A stretch of DNA of 64,000 bases, from NCBI GenBank assembly GCA_964036045.1, contig OZ038378.1, positions 140,988,001 through 141,052,000 on the forward strand, read 5' to 3'. The translations under genes were made by a program, and so were the position numbers. The DNA is from Eutreptiella sp. 'Long Island Sound 2002' (lineage: Eukaryota; Protista; Euglenida). The notes beneath the pieces are model-generated. The model saw nothing but the letters and a program-made list of their open reading frames with translations, did no database searches and was not told the origin of the DNA. Positions 52,273 through 63,900 of the stretch are shown piece after piece. The stretch's first letter is position 1. Every line of letters starts with the position of its first letter.

Positions 52273-52479
52273 ATGGTGGCATGTGACATTGGAGAGCGGT
52301 TGAGTGGTATCTGGGTGACTGGTGCTCACGTCGGCGAACAAAACCCTACCTCAAGTGTCCTCATCGCGGTTGGACCATGGGAAAGCATTGGAAAGGCTTC
52401 CACCCCTGGACGGATCCAAAGCTGTGTATTCTCCACGCAAACGTCCCAAGAACGCACTGCTATGTGCTCCATACATAGT

Positions 52480-52930
52480 GTATGCGGAACACGCTGCTAC
52501 GGGTCCAATATGGGATGCTGTGTGCCCGCCTAGTACCCTCACAGTATGCATTGGTATGCGCTTGGTACGTGCTGCTGGTTCCTCGTCCAAGTTGGTACAC
52601 GCTTGGTACACGTTGGCATGTGTCGGTCCGCACTGGTCTTCCATCCGTATGCGTTCATACCTGTTGGTGAGACCTAGGTGAGATTAGCTGACATTAGGCG
52701 ACTAGTACCTGCATATTTGCACCGACTACACACTGGTATGTGTCTGTACACACCCCAAGGGCACTAGCACATACGCGGTATGCGTTGGTACGTGCTTGGT
52801 ATATGTTGCTGTGTGCCTTGCTACACAACTGGTACGCGCTAGTAGATGCATGGTTGCGGTGTGCCCGTTACGTGTTTGTGCGCACCAGGTGTGCAATGGT
52901 CACATGCTAGCGCACACCCAGTACATGTTG
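52480..52930 (+). repeat. Low-complexity TTGGTAC(A/G)CG(C/T)-rich degenerate repeat
   Basis: Recurring ttggtacgtgc / ttggtacacgc / ctggtacgcgc words. A comparable CATGC/GTGCAC-rich patch lies at about 4960-5360. Confidence 0.6.
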
Positions 52931-53278
52931 CTACGCGCCCAGTCGGTGCGAGTCATGCATCGCAGCAAGAACGGCTGCGTGGCGGAGATGGCGACCACGA
53001 GGGGGACCGCAGGTAACGCCATTACTGGAATGCACTTGCATCCCAAGCCTTGTCTCCCAGACAAAACAGGTCGCTTGCAGGGCATCAGGTTTGCGTGACA
53101 TTCGTGCAAAATGGCCAGAAGTAGCTCCGCATTATTCCCCCTCTGCCCTGCTTCGAAAGTGCACGCAGCATTGCATTTTCTGCGCATGTGTGAGCCATTG
53201 ATTTCGAACAGCCCGCTTGGGTGGAAACCCTGTAACCTTCGAAGTCAGCATGCACCATTGCACGGAAGCAGGGCAAAC

Positions 53279-53432
53279 CGTGCAAGGACTGGCCACCAAC
53301 GGCCTCCACAAGGAGACCGCACAGCACAAAATTGGTGTCTGTGTATTCGTAGCTCGTTCCAGCCTCGAAGGAGGGCTTCAATGGCAACACGTACAAAAGA
53401 CAGTCCTCTGGTGGCCAGAATCGGTCGCGGCC
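53279..53432 (-). CDS. Beta-lactamase-family serine hydrolase, exon 4 (YxN-type motif)
   Basis: Acceptor ttgcttAG| in phase 0. Encodes GRDRFWPPEDCLLYVLPLKPSFEAGTSYEYTDTNFVLCGLLVEAVGGQSLH, matching P.FEPG..Y.YSxTNxxLLGLxxE. The probable donor is CACG|GTTTGC (phase 1), which is less certain than the acceptor. Confidence 0.85.
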
Positions 53433-53974
53433 CTAAGCAAATGGTGGCAGAAAGGACTTTGAAGGCGGCTGAGACGGGAGCACAATCAGGCGTGACCTCA
53501 TGCCTGTGTCCCCTGACTGGCTGCATGCAGCACCGCTATAACTGGATGCCATGGAGCTATGCACTGCACATGCGCATGCTACGTCAGGTGCATGCGATGC
53601 CCATGTGAGTACCCACCCACACCTTACCTCCCTCCTGCCTTGTAGTCCCTCCGGCCTGACATTGGCCTCCGGCCTGACCCACAGATGCACCTAGCCATTG
53701 GGCAGACACACTGTACTTTTTCGAAGAAGAAAAAGAAAGAGGCAAGATCAACAACCACTGCCGGAAAGATGTAGCCCCCACAAGCATTTTGGATACCTTT
53801 GCATTGGCAAAAAATTGGAGCCATAGTATGACGGGCTGCTTGAGTGCAAGGTAGCCCACCATGTTTGCACCCCAAAAGAGGTGGCGGTCCGAAGATTATG
53901 TGGAACTGCCAAAATGAAATTGAAACACTCCACCAAATTTTGCGGGGAAGAATAACAAATGCGACGTAAAAATC

Positions 53975-54627
53975 GCTGTCTTGGGGTGCCCAGAGTGGGG
54001 AGGAGTCAGAGTGGCAACATCACCCCGTCCGTTTTGGGGTTCCCAGAGCGCGAAACAATCAAAACGGCCACATCACCCCTGCCGTCTCGAGGCGCTATAA
54101 ACCCGCGCGGAATCAAAAAGCTACGTGACCCCTACCGTCTCACGAACCCTCGGACACAACTATGCCTGGAACCATCCCAGATACAATGCTCCAATAGTGG
54201 AAAACAAATAGCCCACAAGGGGACACCTTGCCCAAAACATGCACCCAGCAAAACACGGTCGTAGACCTAGGACCTCGTCATTGTCGATAGCAACAACACC
54301 CTGCATGAGGTGATGTGCTGGAACTCATTACCGTGCAAGGCCGTGCAATGCATGCCATAACAGCCTCGCAACAGAGAACATGCCCTGCACATGCATGTTT
54401 GAAGAAAACATGAGTGCTCTGGAATCGGCGGTACTTCCCTACCGTCCCTCTTTGGAACACACCACAACATGCCCCCCAAAAAACAACATACCCCACGCGC
54501 ACCCCGTGCAGCAAGATTCTCTGTAGAGCGGCGAAAAACCAAGGTGGCAACATAACCCCTTCCAGAGCGCGGAATGCCAAAATGCTACATACTGCCGTAT
54601 TGGGGTTCCCAGAGAGGGAGGACTAGA
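53975..54627 (+). repeat. Satellite subfamily iv relics (GGGGTTCCCAGAG arm) inside intron 3
   Basis: GG(C/T)(A/C)ACATCACCCC..CCGT.TTGGGG.TCCCAGAG units at about 53975-54140 and 54545-54627. Confidence 0.7.
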
Positions 54628-55098
54628 TCACATCTGGTGTGCTTTTGTTGGCACTAGTGCATGAACAAAACCCGTGTACTTGTTTTGTACGCGGTCTTTT
54701 TTTGCAGTGATCCGTTTGCACTTCTTTTGTTTTGCAAATCTGCACAGCAAAAAAGGGTAACAGGCGTCCTTTGTTGTTTTGCTGTAACCTGCACACATAA
54801 AACACTGGTGACATTGTTTGCAACTTTTTTCATTTACACGAGTTACATGATAAACAGTGCACATGGGTTACAGCAAACAAAAATGTGTGCAGGGTACGCT
54901 AGGTTGGTGAACCGCAATGATGTGCTTTGGTGGAAATGCTGCTTCTGGTGCTTCTAGGGGGTTGGCTAATGGGTTGGCAGACACCGGGTTCCGGCGGGTT
55001 GGAGGTCCCCTGCTTTGGGGAGGGCAGGAGGGGAGCTGGACACAGAGGGAGCGGTGTTCGACGAGCACCAACCCACTCCCTGTGAGGCTGAGGACTAC

Positions 55099-55206
55099 CT
55101 GCTGCTTGAAGGCCTTAATGAATGCCTTGGACTGCCAGAAATCATGCAAACCACTGCGCTGACTCAGGAGATGTGCAATGGTTCGTGTCCCACACTCTGG
55201 ATGAGC
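55099..55206 (-). CDS. Beta-lactamase-family serine hydrolase, exon 3
   Basis: Acceptor ctttgcgctttcAG| and donor CAG|GTAGTC; 108 nt, phase 0 at both ends. Encodes AHPECGTRTIAHLLSQRSGLHDFWQSKAFIKAFKQQ, matching the family motif TIxHLLxHxSGL. Confidence 0.88.
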
Positions 55207-56189
55207 CTGAAAGCGCAAAGGGGCACGGTGGACCGTCACATGCTGCAACTTCTGGTTCCTGGAGGTGGCGGTTGAACACGGCCGCTGCACGGCAACCATT
55301 GGTTTCAAGGGGTTTGGCAGGCGCGCCCAATTGGGTTCCGAAACGCAGTGCGGTATGTTTCTCAGTGGCGCAAACACTTTATGTCGCCACATTACTATTT
55401 TCAGGCATGGGGAAAATGGGTTTGTTTGGACACTGGGCAGCATATTGCAAAGGACATTTTTCCAGCAGTATGTGGAACAATATAGGCAAATTTAGTGTCC
55501 CACTAGGACTATAATGTAAACCGTCCTCCTGCGGGTTGTGGCTAGTGTGCACTGTACATGTTTCAATAGTTGCGCAATTTTTTTTTTGCAATTGGACCTC
55601 CTCACTGCGTGAGAGAGCTTTAAATAGGTATCACCGATGTCAGTCACTGATGGCAAACTCCCCCCTTCTTATATTGTCCCCTCTGCTGCAGACGAGACGG
55701 CATGATGCAAAGGATTCAGCATTATCCGCATCAATAAAAGAGAAAAAAGTCTTCCAAATTGGTCGCATTGGTCAGCAAACAACGGCTGCATGGTGCTACA
55801 AGTGGCTTATACGGGTGTGAAGCTTTCTCAAGGGATGAAGATATCACTTCAATGGGGAGTCATTTTGGAAAGTACGAGCAGGCACACACCTTGATGGTTC
55901 AACACATGCGGTCACGCTGATGATGCATTCCCTGGTGCTTCGGGGGCTACGCACACCCAATCTTGTAAAACGGGGAGTACTTTTGCGAAGGATGCTAGCT
56001 CTCACAACAATGCAACACTAGTGTTTAAATATCCTCCATTTGGGCGAATACGAATTCTCTGCATTGTTGCGCAAGGGCCATTCAGAAGGCAGAGGAAATA
56101 TTCATGTCTTACAAATGCATGCACTGCAATCGGAAGCCGCATATGCAAATGCCATGGTGCATCATCTGCGCACAGACATTGTTGATTGG

Positions 56190-56585
56190 TTCGCCCGTCG
56201 TGGGGAGGCGTCAATCTGATGACAGCTTTCTCGGGGGTATAGGATGGGAAGAAATCAGTCTGGCTACATAACCCTTGCCTTCTCAGGGTCCCCATAGTGG
56301 GGACAAATCCATATGGCTACATAACCCTTGCATTCTCGGAGCCCCCATGGTGGGGAGACGGCAATATGGCTACACCCGCTTTGCCTTCTCGGGGGCACCA
56401 TCGTGAAGGAAAATAAATATAGCCACATAATGCCTGCCTTTTAGGAGTACCCATAGTGGAAAGAATATGTTTAGCGCCATAACCCTTGCCTTCTTGGGGT
56501 CCCCAAAGTGGGGAGCCATCCATATTGCTAAATGTAACCCCTGCCTTCTCGGGGTTGTTACCGTGGGGAGACAGCAATATGGTTG
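56190..56585 (+). repeat. GGCTACATAA satellite block inside intron 2; an inverted block lies at 57075-57255
   Basis: About 7 forward units. At 57075-57255 the reverse complement (ATTATGTAGCCATAT, CCCCACGAAGGGGAC) is seen. Confidence 0.88.
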
Positions 56586-58239
56586 CAGGGCATGTGCCAC
56601 ATGTGCTCCACCAGCTGTGTGTGGCCAACATGTTCGGGGCCCGTGCCATGCCCCCCCCCCCCCCCCCGCGCCCCGCCTCAGTCCCCGCTACAGCCCCATG
56701 ACGGGGCAAGGGGGGGAGTGCGGGCCACCAACGGCACAGCGGTGGGGCTCCGGTTTCTGTGAGGCTGGATCAAAGATCTTTGGCATGGTGACCCCTAGAG
56801 TCAAGGTTGGGTTCAAGGATACTGTTGGGGTGCAAAGTGGACAAAATGGGCAGGGGGAATGAAAAAAAAATTTCGGCTGCCTTCGGCGCCACCATATATA
56901 TGGCCAGTAGCTGTTGACCCTTGGCAACTAAATGGGCCCGGAGGGCAGGTAAGGGGGGGGGGAGTCGCGTACCAGAACCAAGGAGACGTCCCCCCCGTGG
57001 AATCACCCCAATAGTGTCCCTCCGGGCGTCCAGCGACGAATGGACCAACGGACCGCTGCAGCTGGTGATACAGAGAATCGAAAGAGGCCATATTGATTTA
57101 CTCCCATCTAATACCCTAGGGCTTATGCAGCCACATCGCCACCTCCCCACGAAGGGGACCGCAAAAGGCAGGGATTATGTAGCCATATGGATGTCTCCCA
57201 ACTATGGGGACCCCGGGAAGTCAAGGGTTGTGTAGGGATATTCCCACCTAATACCTTTTTATTTTGGCGTACTTTGCATCTGGCCTCCTTATTTTGGTTT
57301 GGGTTTCATTCATTCTGGTGCTTCTGAAAAGGACCCGGGGTACCTTGGATCCTTGGATTTGCAGTCCATACCACAGACTTGCAGACCAACAATCACGAGT
57401 GCTGGATGATTCCTGTGTACCGGTCTTTGTCACAACCAGCTTGTGGACTCGCCAACAATGGTGCACATGGCTTAAAAAGCTCAAACAATTCCATTGAAAG
57501 TGATGCGGGAGCATGCAACAATCAGCAATGCAGAACTGCAAAGGGCTGCAGAACAGAAATAGGATGCACACACATAACAAAGACTCACCCACGGAATGTG
57601 TAATGTGGACCTGGGCACAGAAAGATGGACCAGGCAATTGCCATCCGGTTGGAATTGAATATCATATTTGTCAGTCCCATGCTTTTTGACCACCTTGGCC
57701 CCGACCGTAGCCCCATTGCCATGAGTGCACAAAACACTCATCCCCCAAAAAAGGGGGAGGAGGCCAATTTTTTTTTTTTTGCAATTTTTTACAAATTTCA
57801 TTTTTGCAAACGGCCTGCAGCTGAAAATTAATATCTTCTGACGCTCGTTTGTGTTTGTGGCTTTTTCACACCTTGCGCCAGGAATTAGTTGTTTTTGCAA
57901 TTTCCCACTGCACAGACCATGTGCAGTGTTCTCCGATTCGAAACCGGGCATTTGGACATGCAAAGCAGATACTCGATGACCTTGTTTGCTAACGTCCTCC
58001 AGCACCCGCTTCGCGAGGCGGTCCACTTGCAGGCGCGTGACTGTGACACAGTGGTTTGGTTCTCTGTGTGTGCCACTTGGGGGGGGGGGGGGGTCAGCTC
58101 AAGAGCCTACTTTCACCCGTTGTTGTTGGGACCCGTGTTGTTGCGCTCCATGCGCTGAGACGCACCTCACCCCGCAGCCCTGACCTCGCAGCATCCGGAG
58201 GCATCCTTGATGCTTCCTGCAGCACTGTGAACGCGGTAC

Positions 58240-58370
58240 CTCCGCAGCCTGCAGCACTTGAGGAATGTACTGCACGATGGCGTCATCCAGCGAGCGGATC
58301 TTCCCGGCCTCCAGCAGCAGCAGCACGGCCACCGCTACAAAAGGCTTTGTGCAGGAGGCGATCTCAAATC
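58240..58370 (-). CDS. Beta-lactamase-family serine hydrolase, exon 2 (catalytic SxxK)
   Basis: Acceptor ttgcgctcAG| and donor GAG|GTACCG; 131 nt. Encodes FEIASCTKPFVAVAVLLLLEAGKIRSLDDAIVQYIPQVLQAAE, containing S-C-T-K and the typical L.E.GK..LDD.I..Y.P segment. An alternative phase-0 donor CAA|GTGCTG 18 nt earlier is possible. Confidence 0.88.
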
Positions 58371-58917
58371 CTGAGCGCAAAAAGCCGCTGTGGGTCTGGG
58401 TGTTGGGGGTAGGGGTATGCAAGTGCAAAGTGGCAGTGTGCAGAGGGCAGCGTGCGCCGTGGGGCAATCAAACCACAGTCCTACCCAACGTACTGTCAGG
58501 GTGGGGGAAATGACACATCTCTGCTCGTTTTTTTGGGGGCCATCCAGGCACGGGCAAGCGGGTCGGGTCCTCTTACCAGACAGCACTCGAAAACATTCCC
58601 AAGGGTCAACGCTGTGCAATTCGATGCTCGAGAAATCAGGAAGACCTTTTCAACTTCAAACGATCGGGTTGTGCAGGGGAAAATACATTGGGTGGGGGAT
58701 TTTGCAAGATTTTACACAGAAAAACATCCTGAACTTGACCGCTTTGGGGTTATGTCGGCAAATACTTCCACAAAAGTGCCTGGTGCAGTTGTTTGAGGTG
58801 GTTACAAGCAGCATTCTCCAAAGATTCTGTGGTTTGCCACCACCGTCCATGCGGTGAAGGGCAACCAGCCTCTTTCTGGATGGAGCTAAAGAGAAACACA
58901 TCAATGCAGCAACACAC

Positions 58918-59077
58918 CTGTAAGAGGAGTCATTGGGCTGGGCTCGAGGCCCTTGGCATCTTTCCTGTTGCAGATGGTGCCTGTGGCGAACTCCCATGAC
59001 CCAATGCGGGTGCAGCAGCCACCGCAGTCCCCGTTGGTTTCTTGCCTCTTTCGCAACTCCCGCTTCACTGCCTTCAT
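58918..59077 (-). CDS. Beta-lactamase-family serine hydrolase, exon 1 (5' boundary provisional)
   Basis: Translates MKAVKRELRKRQETNGDCGGCCTRIGSWEFATGTICNRKDAKGLEPSPMTPLT+G and ends at donor ACAG|GTGTGT in phase 1. It joins exon 2 to give PMTPLTGFEIASCTK, matching the family pattern PMTPDTxFxIASxTK. An in-frame TGA lies two codons upstream of the ATG at 59077, so an upstream exon or acceptor is possible. Confidence 0.7.
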
Positions 59078-59869
59078 TCTTCAGATCAATCAGATTGGAT
59101 AGCCCTCAAAGGGGGCTTTTGTTGGAGAGGTAAGAACATATTGGGGGCAAAAGGCTATGTAGGAGAAATAGTGAGACCAAACACTTGTGCTGGGAAGAAG
59201 TCAAATCTACCACATTTGCGATGAACACATGTTCAAAAGGCAACTTCCAAAAACCCTTAAAATTAGGCAACCCCAACTACCCTAGCTCAAGACAGTTGCA
59301 AGCTACATTCCCTTTGCATAAGACATTGTGCCAAATGGAAAAAGCCATGAACGGCAAATGTTCACAAGGAAGTGTGTCATCGTGCCCATACCTCAATCAA
59401 AACACCTTGGCCAAGTAGGCATCAATACCCATAAAAATAATTTGCTGCCTCAATGACATAGCTTCGTTGCAATGCCCAATCTACCACCATGGTGGGGGGA
59501 AATCAACCTAGAAAGGAGAGGATGCGGTGGAATCGAGCAAAACATGTGTGAAAAAGGGTGGAAATGGGTGAAACTGGGTGAAAATGCAAAAATGCCATAT
59601 CCCTACTGTGGAAGAAGCAACAAAACCTGGTGTCAAACAACCCTGATGCCCAGAGTATCACAAAGTATGGGTTTCTAGTACGGCTAGATGCCCAAATAGT
59701 CGCACCGCGCGTGCACTGTGCTAAATGTGCCCCCTCAAAGATCATTTTGCTCATGCAGGGATGGTACTTGATATGTAGAATGTAATGTTAATTCCTAAAG
59801 GGCTCGGGATGACTATTGTTAATTCCTGGACAGCTAGTAGTGGTAGTAGATGACTACTAGACAGCCATA

Positions 59870-60998
59870 GGGGGAATGTTTGCCCGGCGCGCTACTTTTC
59901 TGCTAAATTATCCCGACTTCAGCCCCAGATTTACCCTCTCATGGAGAAGCCCCTCAAGTAGACCACGTTGGACTGCACATCTTCCCTGCAAAGCACGTTG
60001 CATAATAAGGCAATAGCTGTGAATTCAACAACTCCAGATCAAAGAAATCACCTCGGGCACGAGACATACCCATCCCAAATGAAGACATCAGCCGATGTAC
60101 GGGGGGCCAAGGGGCATCCATATAATATTGCCAACATATCAACGGCAACAGTCCCCTGATAAACAAGTGACTCATACTTAGGATTCCACAGGTTGGCACA
60201 TATGGCACCATGAAAGTTTAGTACCTCTGCAATTGCAACGCAAGTGGATACCACATTGTTCCGCTAAGGCATCCAAAATTGTTGACGGCAAGAACAGTGA
60301 TGCTGGGCTGCAGTAGTGGGGCTGTGGAGCTGTGGTGCGGTCGGGAGTGGTGTTGGCGTTGGGTTGGAATGTGGTGGGCATTGGGTGGAAAGCTGGTAGA
60401 AAATGGGCACTCAAGAGCACTGGATCACTCCGGAGCACTCCACACCACTTTGAAGCACTCTGGAATGGTCATTTGGTGAGAGTTGGGTGCGAAGCGCGAG
60501 GGAAATGGGTGGGAAATGGATGGCATTAGGTTGGGAATAGGATTGCGATCAGGTCAGAGTTGGGTGGGCATTGGGGGAATGTGACGGACTTGCCTGCGGA
60601 TGCAAAAAAGCGTGGATTGTGAGTCCCTAACCCCAACTCGAGGGGCCATGCAAAAAAGCGTGGATTGTGAGTCCCTAACCCCAACTTGAGGGGCCACGCA
60701 ACAAAGCGTGGATTCAAAGATTGTCCCGGTGTCCTCAATGGCACCGGAAGGTGGGGCCCAAAAGAGGGCGGAAATGCTACGTCACCCTTGCATTCTGGGG
60801 GTCTCCAACAAAGGGGACAAAATCAATCAGAAGTCAAAACCTACGCTAGGGGTCATCATGATACTCCAAGTATCTCAAAGTATGGGTCTCTAGCTCAAAT
60901 AGCTGCAGTGCGCTAAGTGCGCCCCCTTAGTGCACCCCCGAAAAGGCCACTGGTGGGACACGGGTCCAAAAAGATGCCCGGCGCGCTAACGTTCCCCC
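59870..60998. mobile_element. About 1.13-kb composite element with GGGGGAA(T/C)GTT terminal inverted repeats
   Basis: GGGGGAATGTT at 59870 and AACGTTCCCCC ending at 60998. TGCCCGGCGCGCTA lies next to both ends in direct orientation. The flanks are ATA/ATT. Confidence 0.5.
60600..60713 (+). repeat. 47-48-bp tandem repeat, about 2.4 copies
   Basis: ATGCAAAAAAGCGTGGATTGTGAGTCCCTAACCCCAACT at 60600 and 60648, with a partial copy at 60695. Confidence 0.92.
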
Positions 60999-63900
60999 AT
61001 TGGGTGGGAAACGGGTGGGATTTTGATGGGAATTCGGGCGTCATTTGGTGGGAACAGTGGACATTGGGTTGAATTCGCTGGGAATTGGGTGAGGAATAGG
61101 GGGGGACTGGGGTGAAAATTGGGTGGGAAATGGGTGGGAGTTTGGGTGGGCATACTGTGGCAAAATGGAAACTCTGGAGCATTCAAGAGCACTTGGAAGC
61201 ACTCTGGAGTTTTAGGACACAGGGGCGCACAGCACAGCACAGGGGAACGAAGACAACCCTAAACCCAAAAATCATTAATCCGGGAATACCTGAGTTGCTA
61301 CTGATTTTGGGGGCTTGACAGGTTTTGTTTCGAAACCGCTACCGAGTTCAAGTGTGTGGTGGAAACATCTATTGTGCTGTTACCCTCGCAAAATTGTGTG
61401 TGAACGTTCTCAGGAATAGACATCATGCACCGTCTGCCTGTGCAGTCTGGAGTGCTGTTGCGACCATTACTTCATCACCTCCGTGTGGACAACCAATTCG
61501 GCCGAACCTGCCAGGAGTTGTGCAGAGCCATGGAGCGGTTTGCAGCACTAACCCAACAACTCAGGTAGCCCCCGTTGCACAGCAAAGCGGAATTACCATT
61601 CGCAACCGGCCCGTCGCACGGTTGAACACACAGCGAACACCACCATCCCTGTTCCATCTCACAAATGGAAAAAACGGTTCCCAACAACTGCACTTCACCG
61701 TGAATGTGTCGAGCGATGTGATTGCACATGGTTGCCTACATCCCAAATATCAACAACAACGGTCCCATTTTGGAGGTTCGGGGGTGAATCATTCTTGTCA
61801 TTGACAACACGAAGACATTCAATGCAGGAGCGATGGCTGTGAACATGGTCAGCGAACATGGTCAGTCAGGTAAAGGGAAGATAGGCAAAAAGCGTAGTAA
61901 CTGTGGTCAGGGGCGTTGAAACCGGAAAACGAAGCAGAAAAGCGTAGGAACCCGCAGGAGAACCAGAGAGACAATGGTACGATTTGGTTAGCAAAGCCTA
62001 AAGACGAGACGATGGGGGCTTTCTGGGAGAGGCCCTGCTCTGCCATGGCAGTCTATCGCCAGCCCTTTCCACCAACGGCACGCTCTACGGGCCCTCATTG
62101 ACCCCCCTCCCCCCCCAGTTTTCACGATACTCACAGTCATCTGAGAACAAACAGAACGCCGCCTCAGGCAGAATGCCGTCATGAACGTCTCTTCAGCCCC
62201 AGCCCCTCTTTGCCACTACAACTCACAAACATGTCATGATGCATCAATGACCTCAACAACTGTGGTCAGAAAAACAAGGGTCAGGCGGGGTCCCTGTGCG
62301 TCGACAACGCCGTTCCGGCGCAAGGAAAGGGGGGCGGGCACCGGCAAAAAGCTGGTCACACGCCAGCGGGGTTAAAGGGGGGCCACAGCGGCAGCGGACT
62401 GTAGAGTAGACTGCAGAGTCTACTGCAGGACTGACTGACGCGCGTAGCAACCGACAAAATCGATTACTGTCGGGGCTCCAGTGCCGCCAAAGACAAGAAG
62501 GCACCAACTTGGATGACCTCGCGATTCGCTGACGGTGTGGGACATGGACGAAAGCAGATATTTATTCGGGTTTTAGTTTCATTTCGGAGAACGCCTGGCG
62601 GGAATGTGTGGCACAGCCAGCGCTGACCCGTGCATCCCAATCCGTACAAAATGCCAAATCTTATGTCCGAGAGAGAGTGCATTTGGTCATCGAGCATAGG
62701 CCTTGGGCTTAAAGGCTGAAGTCTCTATCCCTGTGTCCCAGTGGGAGCACGTGGTACAGAGCCTTCGGCGCCGACAGAGCTCGAGGCTCCACCGCTGACC
62801 GTGGTTCTATTTGCTCTATGGTTGCCCGGCCATGCTCTCTGCTTCTGGGCAACAGTGGCAGGTTAGGCTGCATGAAGTACTCCAAATTGCCAACTCTTGC
62901 ATTCGCTTTTGGGACGCACTGTCTGGTCAGTAGATCGGAGAATTTTGTCATAAACGCCGAGTCAGTGTGCCGGTGGAGTATTGAGGGGTGAGACCGAAGA
63001 AAGGTGAGCTAAGCGAACGTGTGGGTGGGAGCTTCGGTAGACTTAGACTTGTGTAACAACACCCCCCTCCAAAAGCGACTGGAGTGCATCCACTCAGAGG
63101 CACATAACCTCAAAAACAAGCGGGAATGACGATGCAAGTTGTGTGAGCAACGGGACGCACCGTCAGAGCGACAGCCCGCGGCATGTACACTTTGCGGAGC
63201 ATATCTCTCGGGGACATTCATAACCTGCCAACACGGAGCAAATTCGAGCTTTTTCAGGGTTTTCTCAATTTTTTGTCCAATGCACGAAAATGTTGTTCCC
63301 TGGGGGGGGGGGGGGGGTATGTGTATGCTTTCTGAAATCTGTGAGAAAAGGGCTTGACAATGAGCCTGGGGTCAGGGTCTATCTCACCAATATGTGAAAA
63401 TGCTGGTCCCCGCACGAAACCTATTTGGGCTAAAATGGCCCCGTTTTCAGACGCGAAACAGGGGCATGTTTGACCAAATGCCGGACGAAAATCTCAAACA
63501 TACCGTCAGTACAGCGGGCAGACCCGGGTGTTCCAAATAGCCCTCTTCAAGGGCTTTCTGAATCTACCCCACATACGCCCCACCACGGGACACAGAGTGG
63601 CCACAAACGAGGCAACGCCGGCACCGTCCCTCGAAAAGGCTCCGTGTTGGCCCGACGTCCCCGAGAGATATTGCAATACCTCTTTCGGGGGGCGGCTGGG
63701 GAATTCACAGGGCCCGTGAAGAAACCGCAAACTCGGCGGAAGGGGCTGTTTCACAACACTTGAGACCTGGTCCTGCCAAAAGAAGCGCTCGACAACCCGC
63801 GGCACAACACATCAGTCTCAGACGCCACCGTGGCCGGACCGGGAGGTGCGCGTCCTCCCGGCCGAGGCCGGGGCACACGCACCCCCCGACCCCCGACACT

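Noticed and set aside
52350-52456. Phase-compatible candidate exon 5 of the hydrolase (VRSWDVCVENTQLW...RTLE)
   Set aside because: The acceptor lacks a pyrimidine tract and the peptide has none of the expected LR..IF.PLG features.
21936-57255. Dozens of short ORFs such as MGTPRRQGLCSH... and MATQPLPS...
   Set aside because: They are alternative frames of the satellite consensus on both strands, with random stops and frameshifts.
58974-59129. Plus-strand exon with a good acceptor (ttcctgttgcAG) and donor (GAG|GTAAGA)
   Set aside because: Two frames contain stops and the third has no recognisable homology. It overlaps the better-supported minus-strand exon 1.
59756-61651. hAT-like element bounded by CAGGGATGGT / ACCATCCCTG
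   Set aside because: The flanking 8-mers (TGCTCATG vs TTCCATCT) do not form a TSD, and it conflicts with nested features.
61440-61760. Mutator-like TTN.AE and SWIM-like CxC words
   Set aside because: The matches are too short, the motif is incomplete and it is split by stops, so it is not distinguishable from chance.
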